From an uncultured Planctomycetota bacterium (GTDB lineage Bacteria > Planctomycetota > Planctomycetia > Isosphaerales > Isosphaeraceae), in NCBI GenBank assembly GCA_963823665.1, contig CAWGMQ010000007.1:608001-672000 (forward strand): DNA of 64,000 nt. The letters are read 5' to 3'. Every line of letters starts with the position of its first letter. The first letter of the stretch is position 1. A program made the translations under genes and the position numbers. Under the pieces are notes generated by a model. The model searched no databases, had not been told where the DNA came from, and saw nothing but the letters and a program-made list of their open reading frames with translations. Positions 43,037-54,531 of this stretch are shown piece by piece.

Positions 43037-44230
43037 TCAGGTGAAATTCGTCCCGCCGCCGAGATGGTTCCAGACGTCGATTACGACCTTTTCGCTGGGT
43101 ATGTCCAGCGAGCGATAGATGGAATGGGGCGCACCTACGATCAGAATCCGCGAGCGAGCGACAACCTGCTCGACCGGGAGAAAATCGGGGTGTTGCACGA
43201 ATGGGTCGGTACAAAGAACCGACCCGGCCTCGCGCTCCAGGATTTTCCGAAGTTTGAATGATAACGAGCCACGGCTGTCATCGCTCTCGCCCTTGAACGC
43301 CATTCCGAGGATTCCGACGGTGATCTCAGCCAAGGGGTAGCGCTTTTTCAGGCGGCTGACGACGAAGTCCGGCAGGCCTTCGTTGATGGAGATCGCGGCG
43401 TCACCGAGGGTGAACTGAGTGTCCGAAGCAACCGACAATTGCACCGTATCCTTGAGGAGGCACGGACCGGCGGCAAAACCACTTCGCGGCAGGTTCGCCA
43501 TCCGCGGGTAATCTCGGGTCAGTGCGTGATGGATTCGGTGGAAATCGAGTCCTTGGTCCGTCGCAATCATGAAGAACTGGTTGGCTGTGGCGAACTGGAT
43601 GTAGCGCCAGGCGTTGGCGAAGATCTTCACGATCTCGGCTTCCTCCGGGGTCAACGTGGTGATCGGGCAACCGAGCTCCTGAAACAGGCTGCTGGCAATT
43701 CGCACGGCCTCGGGCGAACAGCCCGATACGATCTGCGGCAGCTCGCAGAGCTCTTTCACCGCCTTGCCCTCGGCAGCGCGCTCGGGGCAGTATGCGACCT
43801 CAACGACCGTTCCCGATTTTGAGATCAAATCATGGATCTTTCGCGTCGTCCCGGGGGCTAGCGTACTTCTGAAGATCAAGCACTGGCCGTCACGGAGTGA
43901 GGGTATCAGGTCTGGCAGGACCCTGTTCATGAGATGAAACCTGGACGAGAGCTGCTCATCCAGCGGGATCCAGATCACCACGACCACGACGCGAGCCCTC
44001 TCGATCAGGGTGCGGTCGTTCGCGACCACGAGACCCTTGGCGAGAGCGCTCTTGAGAAGGCTTGCTGCGCCCTCATCCCGGAAGGGCATTTGTCCGTTCT
44101 TGATGGTGGCGATTGCGGAATCGTCCACATCATAGATAGCGACTCGAAGACCACGATCGGCCAAGAGGAGCGAGAGCGGCAGCCCTGCACGACCGCAGCC
44201 GCCGAGAACACAAACGTCGTGACTGTGCAT
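43037..44230 (-). CDS. Nucleotide-sugar dehydrogenase (UDP-ManNAc/UDP-glucose 6-dehydrogenase family)
   Basis: VCVLGGCGRAGLPL, FRSTLAPGTT, AYCPER, AGPCLLKD, GMAFKGESDDSRGS. Confidence 0.9.
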   Translation of the reverse strand: MHSHDVCVLGGCGRAGLPLSLLLADRGLRVAIYDVDDSAIATIKNGQMPFRDEGAASLLKSALAKGLVVANDRTLIERARVVVVVIWIPLDEQLSSRFHLMNRVLPDLIPSLRDGQCLIFRSTLAPGTTRKIHDLISKSGTVVEVAYCPERAAEGKAVKELCELPQIVSGCSPEAVRIASSLFQELGCPITTLTPEEAEIVKIFANAWRYIQFATANQFFMIATDQGLDFHRIHHALTRDYPRMANLPRSGFAAGPCLLKDTVQLSVASDTQFTLGDAAISINEGLPDFVVSRLKKRYPLAEITVGILGMAFKGESDDSRGSLSFKLRKILEREAGSVLCTDPFVQHPDFLPVEQVVARSRILIVGAPHSIYRSLDIPSEKVVIDVWNHLGGGTNFT

Positions 44231-44517
44231 TGCGCTAGAGCCCAAACCACAAATTCTTGGCGCGGGAGCCGGAGGTCCGAACCCTGTCACAATTCGCGGG
44301 CTTGATCGCACGAGAACGCGACACCGCATTCGACTCCCCGTTGCGACACGGATTCGCGCTCGTGTACTATTCACTATAGCGACCTGATCCGTTGGAGGTA
44401 GCGGAATCTCGAGACCCGCGGTGGTTTCCTCTCACCAAGCAGGCCGCCTGGCTGCGAAGACGCGTCGCATTCGACATCGGGTGAATATCACAACCATTGA
44501 CCGGGGATGCGTGATAC

Positions 44518-45621
44518 ATGGGCGATTGGCTCGGATTTCGAATGCGCCAATTGATGCGGTTTCCCGTAAACGCGCTGCTCAGCACTACCGTCGCGTGGGA
44601 GCCACCAGGCCAACTCGCCGACGGCTATTCCATCGCCATGGCGTGCGTTGCCTCGCTCGCTCCCCTCGCCGTGGCCAACTTCCGGCTCTGCGCCAAGAAC
44701 TGCGGGCCTCGACTGTGCGAACTGATCGCCGTCTTTGATTGCCGTCCGGAAAACATTCCCGAATGCGTCGTCGAGGCCGCGAGCGAGATTTCATCGTCAA
44801 TCAAGGTGACTTTGGTAGGCTATGACGCCCGTCAGTATCGCGTGAATCGTCTGGCGAAACATGGCTGGGTCTACGCGTGGACGTCGTGGTGCCTGGCCAT
44901 CGCGAGGTCGAAGACCCGCGCCGTGATCATCCACGACCTGGACGCGTTGCCGATAGGGCCGATGCTTTTCGAGCAAATTTATGATCATTGGGTTCTGGCG
45001 AACGCCGAGTTCTGTGGTATCAACCTCTACTCAGGAAATGGAGTCGACGAGGAAATGGGCCTCGTCCGCACCTCCGAGTTGGCCTTCGATTCCGATTACA
45101 TCCGACGTCGGTTCCGCCCAATCGATCTGTTCAACAAGATGCGTCATGTAGACGGGCGGCTCGTTAACTTCGACACGATGCTCCACGCGCAGTGGAAATC
45201 GCTGCGACGCGTGGTGCAGCCGATTGATGAAGTCAAGCTCGTCCACCCTTCTCAGCTCATTTGCCAGTACAATGACCTGATCTCGGGACGTTCGGATCTT
45301 GCGGGTCGGAACCACTCATTGCCCGTCCTTCCGTATTTTCTCTACTTGGGAGGCGACGCGACGTGGCTAAGGGTCGTCGGATCCCAGCTCAAGGATGCGG
45401 TCACGGCACGCGTCAGCTTCGTAAACCGCTGCATGCGACTCGACGCAATACCCCCTGAGCACTGGGCTTGGATGGAGAAACAGATCCGCAGGCTCGAGCA
45501 GGCGAATTTCGGCGAGACTCGCCCCGAAGTGTCGGACTATCTGACCGGTTTCATTCACCGCGCGGGGAGCCGCCGCAGCGTCGGCAAAGAGACCGGTGCC
45601 GGCGCCGTCCCCGAAAGTTGA
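44518..45621 (+). CDS. Hypothetical protein, possible GT-A fold glycosyltransferase
   Basis: VIIHDLD (DxD-like) motif; lies within the glycosylation cluster. Confidence 0.5.
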   Translation: MGDWLGFRMRQLMRFPVNALLSTTVAWEPPGQLADGYSIAMACVASLAPLAVANFRLCAKNCGPRLCELIAVFDCRPENIPECVVEAASEISSSIKVTLVGYDARQYRVNRLAKHGWVYAWTSWCLAIARSKTRAVIIHDLDALPIGPMLFEQIYDHWVLANAEFCGINLYSGNGVDEEMGLVRTSELAFDSDYIRRRFRPIDLFNKMRHVDGRLVNFDTMLHAQWKSLRRVVQPIDEVKLVHPSQLICQYNDLISGRSDLAGRNHSLPVLPYFLYLGGDATWLRVVGSQLKDAVTARVSFVNRCMRLDAIPPEHWAWMEKQIRRLEQANFGETRPEVSDYLTGFIHRAGSRRSVGKETGAGAVPES

Positions 45622-45670
45622 ACCGGCGGCCCGCGCCGTACGATTCACACCGCTGGTCCTTGAGGAATAA

Positions 45671-46921
45671 ATGAAGACGCTGGTCGTCGAAAACAGGCAC
45701 ATCGGTCATTACTATCTTTACTTACATTATATTTTGCCATGCCTTGCAGATCTCGTCGAAACCGTTGATGTCGCCATCACTTCGGAGGGCCGCGGCTCGT
45801 CCGAGTTCCAGACGTACCTCGCACCCCTCGATGACCGAGTCGCCTTCCACCCCGTTCTGGCCCCCGCGCATCCGACAGACCGCCTGCGGCTGTACCTGAA
45901 TTTGCGCGAGGCGGTTTCCCGATTTCGGCCCGATTACGTCCTCGTTCCATCGGGAGATGCGGAAACCTCGCCAATGGGGTTGTTCAGGGCATTGGGACGC
46001 GGGGGCTTGCCGCGTGAACCTCTCGGCGAAGTCGGGATCCACTACGGCTACGGAGCCAAGGAAGCCAGCCGCAAGGATCAAGCGAAGGACTGGTTCTATT
46101 TGGTGACTCAGCAGCTCTCCTCTTGGAAGAAGATCCATTTCGCGAACTTGCTCTTTTACGAGAGAGCGAAGGTTTGGGGCGGGTCGCTCGCGCGGCGGGC
46201 CGAGCTGATGCCAGCGCCTGTCCCCGCCAACGCGAGACTCAGCAAGCCGGAATCACGACGACTGCTCGGAATTCCCGAAGACGGGCGATATATCGGAATC
46301 GCCGCGATTCTCGACAAGCGGAAGGCGATCGACGTGCTCTTGGCGGCCTTCCGGACCGCGGCACGCCCGTTCGATCGGCTTCTGCTTGCCGGCTGCCTCG
46401 ACCCGAGCTTCGCCCGGCTGGTCGAGCACGAGTACGCCGATCTCGTTCGAGGCGAGCAGCTCATCGTGGTGAACCGATTCGTGGATCCGTCATCGTTCCA
46501 GACGATTTTGTCCGCACTCGACGTCGTCACCACGCCGTTTCCCGGGCATTGGAATCGCTCCTTGACGCTGCTTCACGCCATCGCGGCCGGCCGGCCGGTG
46601 CTCTCGAGCAACGTCGGGTGGATGCGAACCATGATCGACCGCTTCGGGTTCGGCTGGACCTGCGACGTGCTCGACCCCAAGATTCTCGCCGCCACAATTC
46701 GCGAGGCCCTGGACCGCTGCGGGGATTATCGCGAATCCGAGGCGATCCGACGGCTCTTGCAGTTCTACTCTCCGGAAAACCTGGTGGACCATTGGCTGGC
46801 GGGAATTCGGGAGACGCTGGCACTTCCAGCTTCTGACCAAATCTGTTCCTGGGCTATGGTCGAGACGGCCCTCGAGGAGCACGGCCCTGCAACGTTCTCA
46901 AGGCGCGGAAATCCTCGCTGA
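45671..46921 (+). CDS. GT-B glycosyltransferase (family 4-like)
   Basis: GHYYLY, KRKAIDVLLAAF, LSALDVVTTPF, HAIAAGRPVLSS; GAGG RBS. Confidence 0.8.
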   Translation: MKTLVVENRHIGHYYLYLHYILPCLADLVETVDVAITSEGRGSSEFQTYLAPLDDRVAFHPVLAPAHPTDRLRLYLNLREAVSRFRPDYVLVPSGDAETSPMGLFRALGRGGLPREPLGEVGIHYGYGAKEASRKDQAKDWFYLVTQQLSSWKKIHFANLLFYERAKVWGGSLARRAELMPAPVPANARLSKPESRRLLGIPEDGRYIGIAAILDKRKAIDVLLAAFRTAARPFDRLLLAGCLDPSFARLVEHEYADLVRGEQLIVVNRFVDPSSFQTILSALDVVTTPFPGHWNRSLTLLHAIAAGRPVLSSNVGWMRTMIDRFGFGWTCDVLDPKILAATIREALDRCGDYRESEAIRRLLQFYSPENLVDHWLAGIRETLALPASDQICSWAMVETALEEHGPATFSRRGNPR

Positions 46922-48584
46922 TGAAGACCGTCTCGAGGCCCGTTGTCTCAGAGAGAAGCCGATCGAGCACGGGCGTCCTGCGGGATATCAGGTAGTCCGG
47001 CCGCAGGTCGTCCAGGATCGCGGTGAGGCGCTCGGAGAACCTGGGGGCGTCTGGATCCGTCCCGTAGAACGCTTCCAGGAGGTCTCGGCGCCTCGCCCAC
47101 TCGACCAGGCGTATGGGCGCGATTGGAAACGCCTTGGTCTGGTAGACGAGCCCGCGGCCCGTCTTCCAGGGAAAGTCAGCCGGCCACCAGAACTCGGGGG
47201 GCGCCAGGAACACGCTCCCCTCGGGGGTCGCCTTTTTGATCCATTCGTACAGCGACGCGACCCGTTCCGGTTCGGCAGCGAGATAGGTCGTCTGCGCGTA
47301 ACGGAAAGGAGCCTTGAAAGGAATGTCGCGTTGAGACCGGACCAGGATCCCCGGACGGTATCGCGTCGCGACGACGCTCAAGATCACGGCCGTCACGACG
47401 ATCGCGAGCCACCGCATGGCGCTGATCCGGACCCCGGCGGACCCCGGCGACGGCGTCCGGAGGCGTGGCACGGCTCGAGCGAGAAAGAGAGAGCCGGCGA
47501 TCACGACCATCGCCCAGGTGCGGAACGGGTACAGCCTCAGCAGCGAGTAGTTGTCGGTCAAGTTCCAGAACGCCCCCAAAGCCCAGTAAGCGCCGACTGC
47601 CGCGAGCATCACGATTATCGGCCCGTCGTCCACGCTAGGGCGGCGGTCGTTCATCACTCCACGCAGAGTGAGGACGCCCGCCAGCATGACGACCGCCGCC
47701 GCCAACTGCTTGTACTGCTCCGGCTGCCTCATTTCGAGATGGTGCCTGTTCCGCTCAAAGTAGACGCGTGTGGCGGCCGCCGAGAACGGGTGGCCGAGCC
47801 CCGAAGCGAACTGCGCCGCCAGGCCAGGAGAGGCCGGCACCAGCGCGGCTGCCCCGAGCAGCAGCACGCCGCTTACCGGCTTCGGGCCGCGCGCCGCCTT
47901 GTAGATCCCGTACGCCATTAGCGGGACGCCGAGCTGCAAGCCGACCAGCACGTGCACCGTCGTAGCAAGCCCGGCGAGGGGAGCCGCAAGCCACCAGCGC
48001 GAGCGGACAGCGGCCGCGCATGCCAGCAGCGCAAGCCCCCAAGCGGTTTCGTCGGGATCGGCCCACACCCGCACCAGCCCGGTCGCCCCTAGCTGCGTGT
48101 AAGCCGCCCAGCTCAGCACGTGCCTCAGGGAGAAGACGCCGCAATATACGACGAACGCGATAATTGAGCCCGCGTCTGTCAATCCGATCGCACGACCCAA
48201 AGCCAGGAAGCCCGCGCAGAAGAGCAGGACGTTGACGATCCGGAGGGCCGCCGCATACCAGGCAACCGACGTCCAGCGGGAGATCACGATTGATGTTTTT
48301 ACGTATACATGGTGGTAAAGCGCCTCCTGTCCCTCGAATGCGAAGTCACCCTTCGCCCACCCCGGCGAGGCGGCTTGTTGTGCGAAGCTCAGCTTCGTCA
48401 ACTCATTGCCCGAGGGCAGTTCGTCCCAGCCCCTCCGGGCGAAGAGCACCGCTACCAGGACGGCCCAGGTCCCGATGAACCGCATGGCCCGGTCGCGCTT
48501 GCGCCCCGTTCGGGCGTCTGATGCCGCCACCGTCGCGGCGACGGGACCTTGATCAGGCCCCGGTACATCGTCTCTCACACTCAT
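46854..48584 (-). CDS. Polytopic membrane protein, GT-C-like (DUF6798-like)
   Basis: Many TM segments; GLATTVHVLVG, RNRHH, WIKKATPEGSVFLAPP, EWARR; start uncertain. Confidence 0.6.
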   Translation of the reverse strand: MSVRDDVPGPDQGPVAATVAASDARTGRKRDRAMRFIGTWAVLVAVLFARRGWDELPSGNELTKLSFAQQAASPGWAKGDFAFEGQEALYHHVYVKTSIVISRWTSVAWYAAALRIVNVLLFCAGFLALGRAIGLTDAGSIIAFVVYCGVFSLRHVLSWAAYTQLGATGLVRVWADPDETAWGLALLACAAAVRSRWWLAAPLAGLATTVHVLVGLQLGVPLMAYGIYKAARGPKPVSGVLLLGAAALVPASPGLAAQFASGLGHPFSAAATRVYFERNRHHLEMRQPEQYKQLAAAVVMLAGVLTLRGVMNDRRPSVDDGPIIVMLAAVGAYWALGAFWNLTDNYSLLRLYPFRTWAMVVIAGSLFLARAVPRLRTPSPGSAGVRISAMRWLAIVVTAVILSVVATRYRPGILVRSQRDIPFKAPFRYAQTTYLAAEPERVASLYEWIKKATPEGSVFLAPPEFWWPADFPWKTGRGLVYQTKAFPIAPIRLVEWARRRDLLEAFYGTDPDAPRFSERLTAILDDLRPDYLISRRTPVLDRLLSETTGLETVFISEDFRALRTLQGRAPRGPSRP

Positions 48585-48897
48585 CGCCGCGCACCCGTCG
48601 CCGGTTCGGAGCCAAGAACCGGGAGGTGTGCGGCGTCGTAACCGCCTGGCAGCGCCCCGGCACCGATCAGAACAAGGTGTCAACCATACCGACTCAAGAC
48701 TTCGACCGCAACAGTCCGTTTATCGCGCGCTGACTGGGACCTCTGACCGGCTGGCATTGCTGGCGTTTTTAACTCAATGGCTCAATGGCTAGGACATGCA
48801 ACGTCGCTCTTCTTCAAGGAACTTGATCTTCGTGTCCGGCGCTGATATCAAGGCATATCAGTTGGCGGCGGTGTGCTCTCTGAGGTAGTGCCGCCAC

Positions 48898-50332
48898 TTG
48901 GGGAAGCGCTTGGAGGACCCTAAAAGATCGGGGACGGATGCCTTGAACGCCCCGTACACTGATTGTGCCGGGTCCACCCCCCCTGACCCCCCCTTCGCAC
49001 GGGGGGGAAAGGAAACGGGGCGCCCGCGGAAGCTGCACACGTGGCGATCGCGCCTCTTCTGGATCTTGGCGGCGGCGCTCGCGACCGTCGCCTACGGACG
49101 GCCGTTTCTCGACTGCTTCCGGACCGGACCTCTCCGAGACTTCGTGCAGGAATGGGCGTCGGCGCGCAATTACCTCGAGGGTAGGCCGGTTTACGAGCCG
49201 CAGGAGATCAGCCTGGCCCGCCACATGGATTACCGGAGACAGCCTGACCGGGTCTTCCTCGAGCGCAACGTTCACCCGCCGACGTCCATCCTGCTGGCGA
49301 TCCCGCTCGTGCGCCTGAGCTATCCCGATGCCCTTCTTGCCTGGAACGTGCTCTCCCTCTTGCCGCTGGGCGTGAGCTTGTATGTGACTGCGCGAGTTGG
49401 GAATCGGCTTGACTCCCTGGTCGGCGCTGCCCATCTATACCCTGCTTCTGATCTGCAACCCATTACATCGGCAGCTTCTCCACGGACAGCTCAATCTCGT
49501 GCTGCTCGTGCTCATCGTCGGTGCCTGGTGGGCCGATCGGACGAACCGTCCCGTTTGGGCCGGCATTCTCTTGGGCACGGCCACGGCGATCAAGCTGTAT
49601 CCGGGGTTCCTCTTTCTGTACTTCATCCTCCAGCGCCGCTGGCGCGCCGTCGCGGCGGGGGCCGCGTCGATCATCGCGCTCACGCTTTTGACCGCTGCGA
49701 TCCTGGGGATCGCAAGCTATCGCGACTACATCGTGGAGGCGCTTCCCACCCTCGGTTCGTGGCGATCGAAGTGGTCGAACGTCTCACTCCTGGGATACTG
49801 GAGCAAGCTCTTCGACCCGAATAGCACTATTGACGCGACGATCCCGCTTTGGCGCAGCCCGCTCCTGGCTCGAGCCTGCACCGGGATCTCCTGTGCTCTG
49901 GTGATCGCGGCCGTGGTCGTGGTGGTGCGCCGGGCCCGGTCACGATCGGAGCAAGACCTTGCGCTGGCAACCTGCATCACGGCGATGCTTCTGGTCACGC
50001 CGACCGTGTGGGAACACTATTTCTTGCTCCTCCTCTTGCCGGTCGCCCTGCTCTGGATGAGCCTGCCCACATCGGGACCGGCCCGTTGGGATTTCCGGCT
50101 GATCCTCTTTATCCTCTGGATGTCGCGATCGCTCTGGTGGAAGATTTTTCTGGGCGCCGATCGGATCGCCTGGACCCATTTGACGGCGTTACCGTGGCAG
50201 ACGTTGACGGCTTTGTCGTTCCAGACTTATGCGTTGCTCGGGCTCTTCGCGTTGGGGTGTCGTCATCGGCCCACCGAAAGGGCGACATTGCGATCGCTGG
50301 CCGCCTTGACCGGAGATCCCATTCGCTCGTAG
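48898..50332 (+). CDS. GT87/DUF2029 family membrane glycosyltransferase; frameshift near 49395; start uncertain
   Basis: DFVQEWASAR, HPPTSILLAIPL, GQLNLVLL, AIKLYPG, PTVWEHY. Confidence 0.8.
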
Positions 50333-50480
50333 GGCAAGCTGCGCATCCGATACGCCCCGGCGTTTTGCCTGGCGACCGCGTTCATGTCATCCCGTTGCGG
50401 GGTCTGGGGGTGGGGGCGACCCTCCGATGGACACGCCCCTCCGCCCCCCTGGACCACTGCGCTTCTCAACTCGTCGTCCC

Positions 50481-53118
50481 TTAAATATTCGGATCACTCG
50501 TCGACGCGAAATTGAGGAACACCAAGGTATCCGTCAACGTCGCCGTCGCGCTGGTGACCACGTAAATCCCACCACCAATCCCTTCCCCAGCACTCCCCGC
50601 CGGTGCGTCCTGTCCGGCCCCGCCGCCGACGGCGGAATTCAGCGTCACCAGGTCGCTCGAAAGATCGAGCGTCGCGCTGGCCGAGGGCACAAACACGGTT
50701 GGCCCACTCAGGTAAAACGCGCCCCCCAGACCGTCGCCCCCGGTTCCTCCTTCGCCTGGCGAGCTCCCCTGCGCCGCCGGCACCGCCAACCACCGAATTG
50801 AGGCTGACCAGGGCCCCTGAGATGCTTGACACCGAGCCGGCGCTGCCGTAGAGCGCGCCTCCGGCGGCCTCACCGCCAGCGCCGCCGGCCCCGCCGCCAG
50901 TCGCCCGCACCCCCGGCCCCACCGTGGGCCGAATTCCCGAGGAGTGAGCTGTTCGTCGCCGTGATGGTCGACGGATCCGTTGTCCCCACAGACTGGCCGG
51001 CGGTACCCGTGCTATAAATCCCGCCGCCAAGGGCCGCGCCCCCTGCTCCGCCAGTCGCGCCGGCCTCACCGCTGCCGCCTGCTCCGCCGACCGCCGCATT
51101 GGCCGAAACCGGCGAGTTAGTCAGGGTAATATCGGTGGACTGGCTGTACACGCCACCCCCGAGTGCTTCATCCCCGTTGCCCCCTTGGCCCGTTGCAGAC
51201 GCCAGCCCCGCTCCGCCTATGGCGCTGTTGCCGGAAATTGGCGTGCCCGAGATCGTGACGAAGCCCTCACTCGTGAACAAGCCCGCCACCATCTGCGGAA
51301 CCCGCCTGGTAGACACCGTAGATGTTTGTCTTGCTCGAAGCCGCGCTGATGGCTTGATTGCCCGAGACAATGCAGTTCGTCAGGACCAGGCCCCCCGCCT
51401 CGTTGACGATTCCCCCGCCCGCTGCCCCGGCCGGGTACGACCCGACGGAATCACTCCCTGCAACGGCGGCGTTGTTGATGATCGCCGTCTTCGTGATCGA
51501 AAGCGTCGCGACTCCCGGCAGCAGACCACCAGTCGATTCGATGGCGCCCGCTTCGGCTGACCCCCCACCGCCCCCGTCACCCACGCCGCCAGTAGCCTGG
51601 TTACCCACGAACGTGCAACCGCTCACCGAGGCCGTCACCGAGGCGGAAGTCGATTCGTAAAAAATCGCTCCGCCGTCGGCAGACCCGCCGTCGCTGTTGT
51701 CGCCGGCGATCAGCGCGTTGCCGCCTATGGCCTGGTTGTTCTTGAATGTGCTGCCGGTGAGGACGAGCGGATCTTCAAAACTGGCGATCGCACCACCGTC
51801 TGCACCTCCACCTGAAAGGAAGAACGCGAACGGGCCCGCAACCGCGGGGCCCGCACCACCAACGGCCTCGTTGCCCGTGAACGTGCTGCCGGAAATCGAA
51901 AGCCCCAATGAGCTGTTCGAATCGATCGCGCCGCCAAACGCCTCGTTAAATCCGCCGCCTGCCCCGCCCAGGGCTTGATTATTCGAAAACGTGCAGCCCG
52001 CCAGCGTGACGCTCGATCCGGTGGAGTCTTCAATCGCACCGCCGAATGCCTGGCCTGCTTCGCTGAAAAACCCGGTTCCGGTTGCATTTCCGCCAATCGC
52101 CTGGTTGCCGTTTAACACGCTGTTCGTCATGGTCAATGTGGCAAAGACCGGGCCGGTGCTCGAGGTCGGGGAAGGCAAAGATATCGCTCCCCCAAACCCG
52201 AACCCTGCGTCTGACCCGTTGCTGCCGCCCTCGGCCTGGTTATCCGAGATCGTACTGCCGGAAATAGTCAGCGCCCCTCGTCGCTGATCGCGCCCCCGTA
52301 AGCCCAAGTGCCTTCAAAGAATCCGGGTCCGCCCACTGCGGCATTGCCCGTGATCGTGCTGTCTACGACCGTCGCCGTGCCGCCGGCATGATTGTCGATC
52401 CCGCCTCCGGTGACCGACGAGCTCGTCGAGCTCGTCACCTGGTTGTTCGAGACGACGCTCTGGGTCACGGTCAACGTTCCGTCCGTGGCATTCTCGATCC
52501 CGCCTCCGCTCCCGCCGATCTCCTCGCTGTTTGCCTGATTGCCCGTGACATCAGAGTGGCTGAGAGTCAGATTGCCCGTGTTGTAAATACCTCCGCCCTC
52601 CGCACGGAGGCCAATCGCCTGGTTCCCGCTGACGACCACGTCATCGAGCGTCAGCCCACCCGAGTTGACGATCCCGCCGCCGAAGGCGTACCCGAAATAT
52701 CCGGTGTTATTCACGCCGTCGGTGATCGTTAGTCCCGAGATGGTCGCGGTCACGCCGCCGGTGACGTTGAAGACCTCGCTCACCCCTCCGCCGCTGACCG
52801 AGAGCTCGGATTCCCCTAATCCCTCGATACTCACGTTCTGGTTGAGCGCAAGCGGTCCGCTGGAGAGCGCGATGGTCTCACCTCTCAAGCTGTTTGCAAA
52901 CGAGATGGTCGCCCCGCTCGCGCGCTCGCGATCGCCTGCCGCAGCGACCCCGGTCCCGAGTCGTCGTTGTTGGTGACGACGATGTTGCTGAGCAGGGCCC
53001 TGACCTCGAGCCCGTCGCAAACGGGCGCAAACCGCCTGCGGCGATTGAGGTAGCCTCGGCGGCTGCTGTGATGTTTCCCCGACGGGCCGTTTGAAGTCAA
53101 TCGACCGAAGATCGTCAT
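50481..53118 (-). CDS. Large secreted Gly-rich beta-helix (Pmp/PGRS-like) protein with planctomycete N-terminal motif; several frameshifts
   Basis: RRRRFAPVCDGLEVRALLS...GSLRQAI; NxAxGG..GGAI repeats across ORFs 52268, 51267, 50870 and 50481; ends NFASTSDPNI, like NLASTSNSNI at 26527. Confidence 0.75.
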
Positions 53119-53321
53119 GAGGAAGTCTCCCAGGATGTGGTGCTTTGGGTATATATGGAATCGCGACCGCAACCCTCCCTACTCAGAGGCGAACGATCCG
53201 CCTCCGCTGTCACGCACTTTCCGGAAATCTTCAAAAGACAGGGTCTTGCGAGCCTGGCGACTGCGCTAGCCCGCACCCCCTACGAAGGGGGCCAAGGGTG
53301 GCCTGTTGAAAACTTGCAAGC

Positions 53322-53378
53322 GGGAAAAGGTGCCAGGAACCAATTCGCCTGGACCAGGACGGGTTTCGTAGGGCAATC
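53322..53378 (+). repeat. Partial copy (left ~57 bp) of the 215-bp element
   Basis: gggaaaaggtgccaggaaccaattcgcctggaccaggacgggtttcgtagggcaatc. Confidence 0.85.
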
Positions 53379-53703
53379 AGGTTCTTCGCGTTCAACGGCG
53401 AATAACGAAACGCCTTTTGCGCAAAGGCGTCTCGGTCACACACACCCGGGCATACCGCGCGTCGCTCGATGTGACCGAAGCGGGCAACAGGTGGCGACCT
53501 GGAGTCGTGAAAAGCCGGTGAGCTCGACAGCGTTCCCAAACCCGTTTGCCTGCCCGCGCGCGAACGCGCCGTTTGGCGAATCGAAGACGGCAAGATGGAC
53601 GGCCCGCCTGCGCGTCCGTCGCCGCGGCGCTGGCGAAGCCGGGCCGCTGCGAGTAACTTGTTCGTAGCGAAATCGTTCTTGAAAATCAGGCGGGGGTTAG
53701 GCC

Positions 53704-53901
53704 TTGTCCTTGAACGACCCCAACAAAACGGCTGCGTACCAGCCAGGACGCGCAGACGGCGTCGATGATGCGATGACGAACCCGATCGGCGCGCGGCTCG
53801 GCGACTTCGAGGTGGTGCGCGAGCTGGGCCGCGGCGGCATGGGGGTGGATGAAGGACCCCGACTGGCCGCAGGCGATTTTGAAGCAGTGACCGGCACATG
53901 A
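53704..53901 (+). pseudogene. Kinase N-terminal fragment truncated at the Gly-rich loop
   Basis: RLGDFEVVRELGRGGMGV followed by unrelated sequence. Confidence 0.65.
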
Positions 53902-54470
53902 ACGAAGTCACCCGCATCTTGAGCGCCATCGAATCAGGAAACCCCCAGGCCGCGTCGCAGTTGTTGCCGCTGGTTTATGACGAGCTGCGTCGGCTTGCGG
54001 CCGGACACATGGCGAACGAGTCTCCCGGCCACACACTCGGCGCCACCGCCCTCGTTCATGAGGCCTATCTGCGACTCGTTGGTCCCGTCGGAGATCAGAT
54101 GTTCGCCAGTCGCGGGCATTTCTTCGCCGCCGCCGCCGAGGCAATGCGCCGGATCCTGGTTGACTCCGCACGGCACAAACGGGCCAGCAAACGGGGTGGT
54201 GGTCTGGTCCGATCTCCTGTCGAAGTTGACCGATTGCCGGCGTCGCCCGTCGACTCGGATTCTTGGCTCGACCTTGATGACGCCCTCACAGCGTTCGAGA
54301 ACGTCGATCAAACCGCGGCAGAATTCGCCAAACTCCGCATCTTCGGCGGGCTATCGGTCGAGGATGCTGGCGAATCTCTGGGTATGTCTCGGGCGACCGC
54401 ATTCCGGACCTGGACGTATGCCCGCGCCTACTTGACGGCCGCTCTTGCCGACCATTCCGAAAACTCTTGA
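53898..54470 (+). CDS. ECF sigma factor (TIGR02999/ECF43-like)
   Basis: MNEVTRILSAIESGNPQAASQLLPLVYDELRRLA, HTLGATALVHEAYLRL, AAEAMRRILVD, WTYARAYL. Confidence 0.93.
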   Translation: MNEVTRILSAIESGNPQAASQLLPLVYDELRRLAAGHMANESPGHTLGATALVHEAYLRLVGPVGDQMFASRGHFFAAAAEAMRRILVDSARHKRASKRGGGLVRSPVEVDRLPASPVDSDSWLDLDDALTAFENVDQTAAEFAKLRIFGGLSVEDAGESLGMSRATAFRTWTYARAYLTAALADHSENS

Positions 54471-54531
54471 GACTCTTTGGGCTCCATTTACGCCTTGTGG
54501 GGGTGAGTACAAAACCACGGAGCCAATTGCC

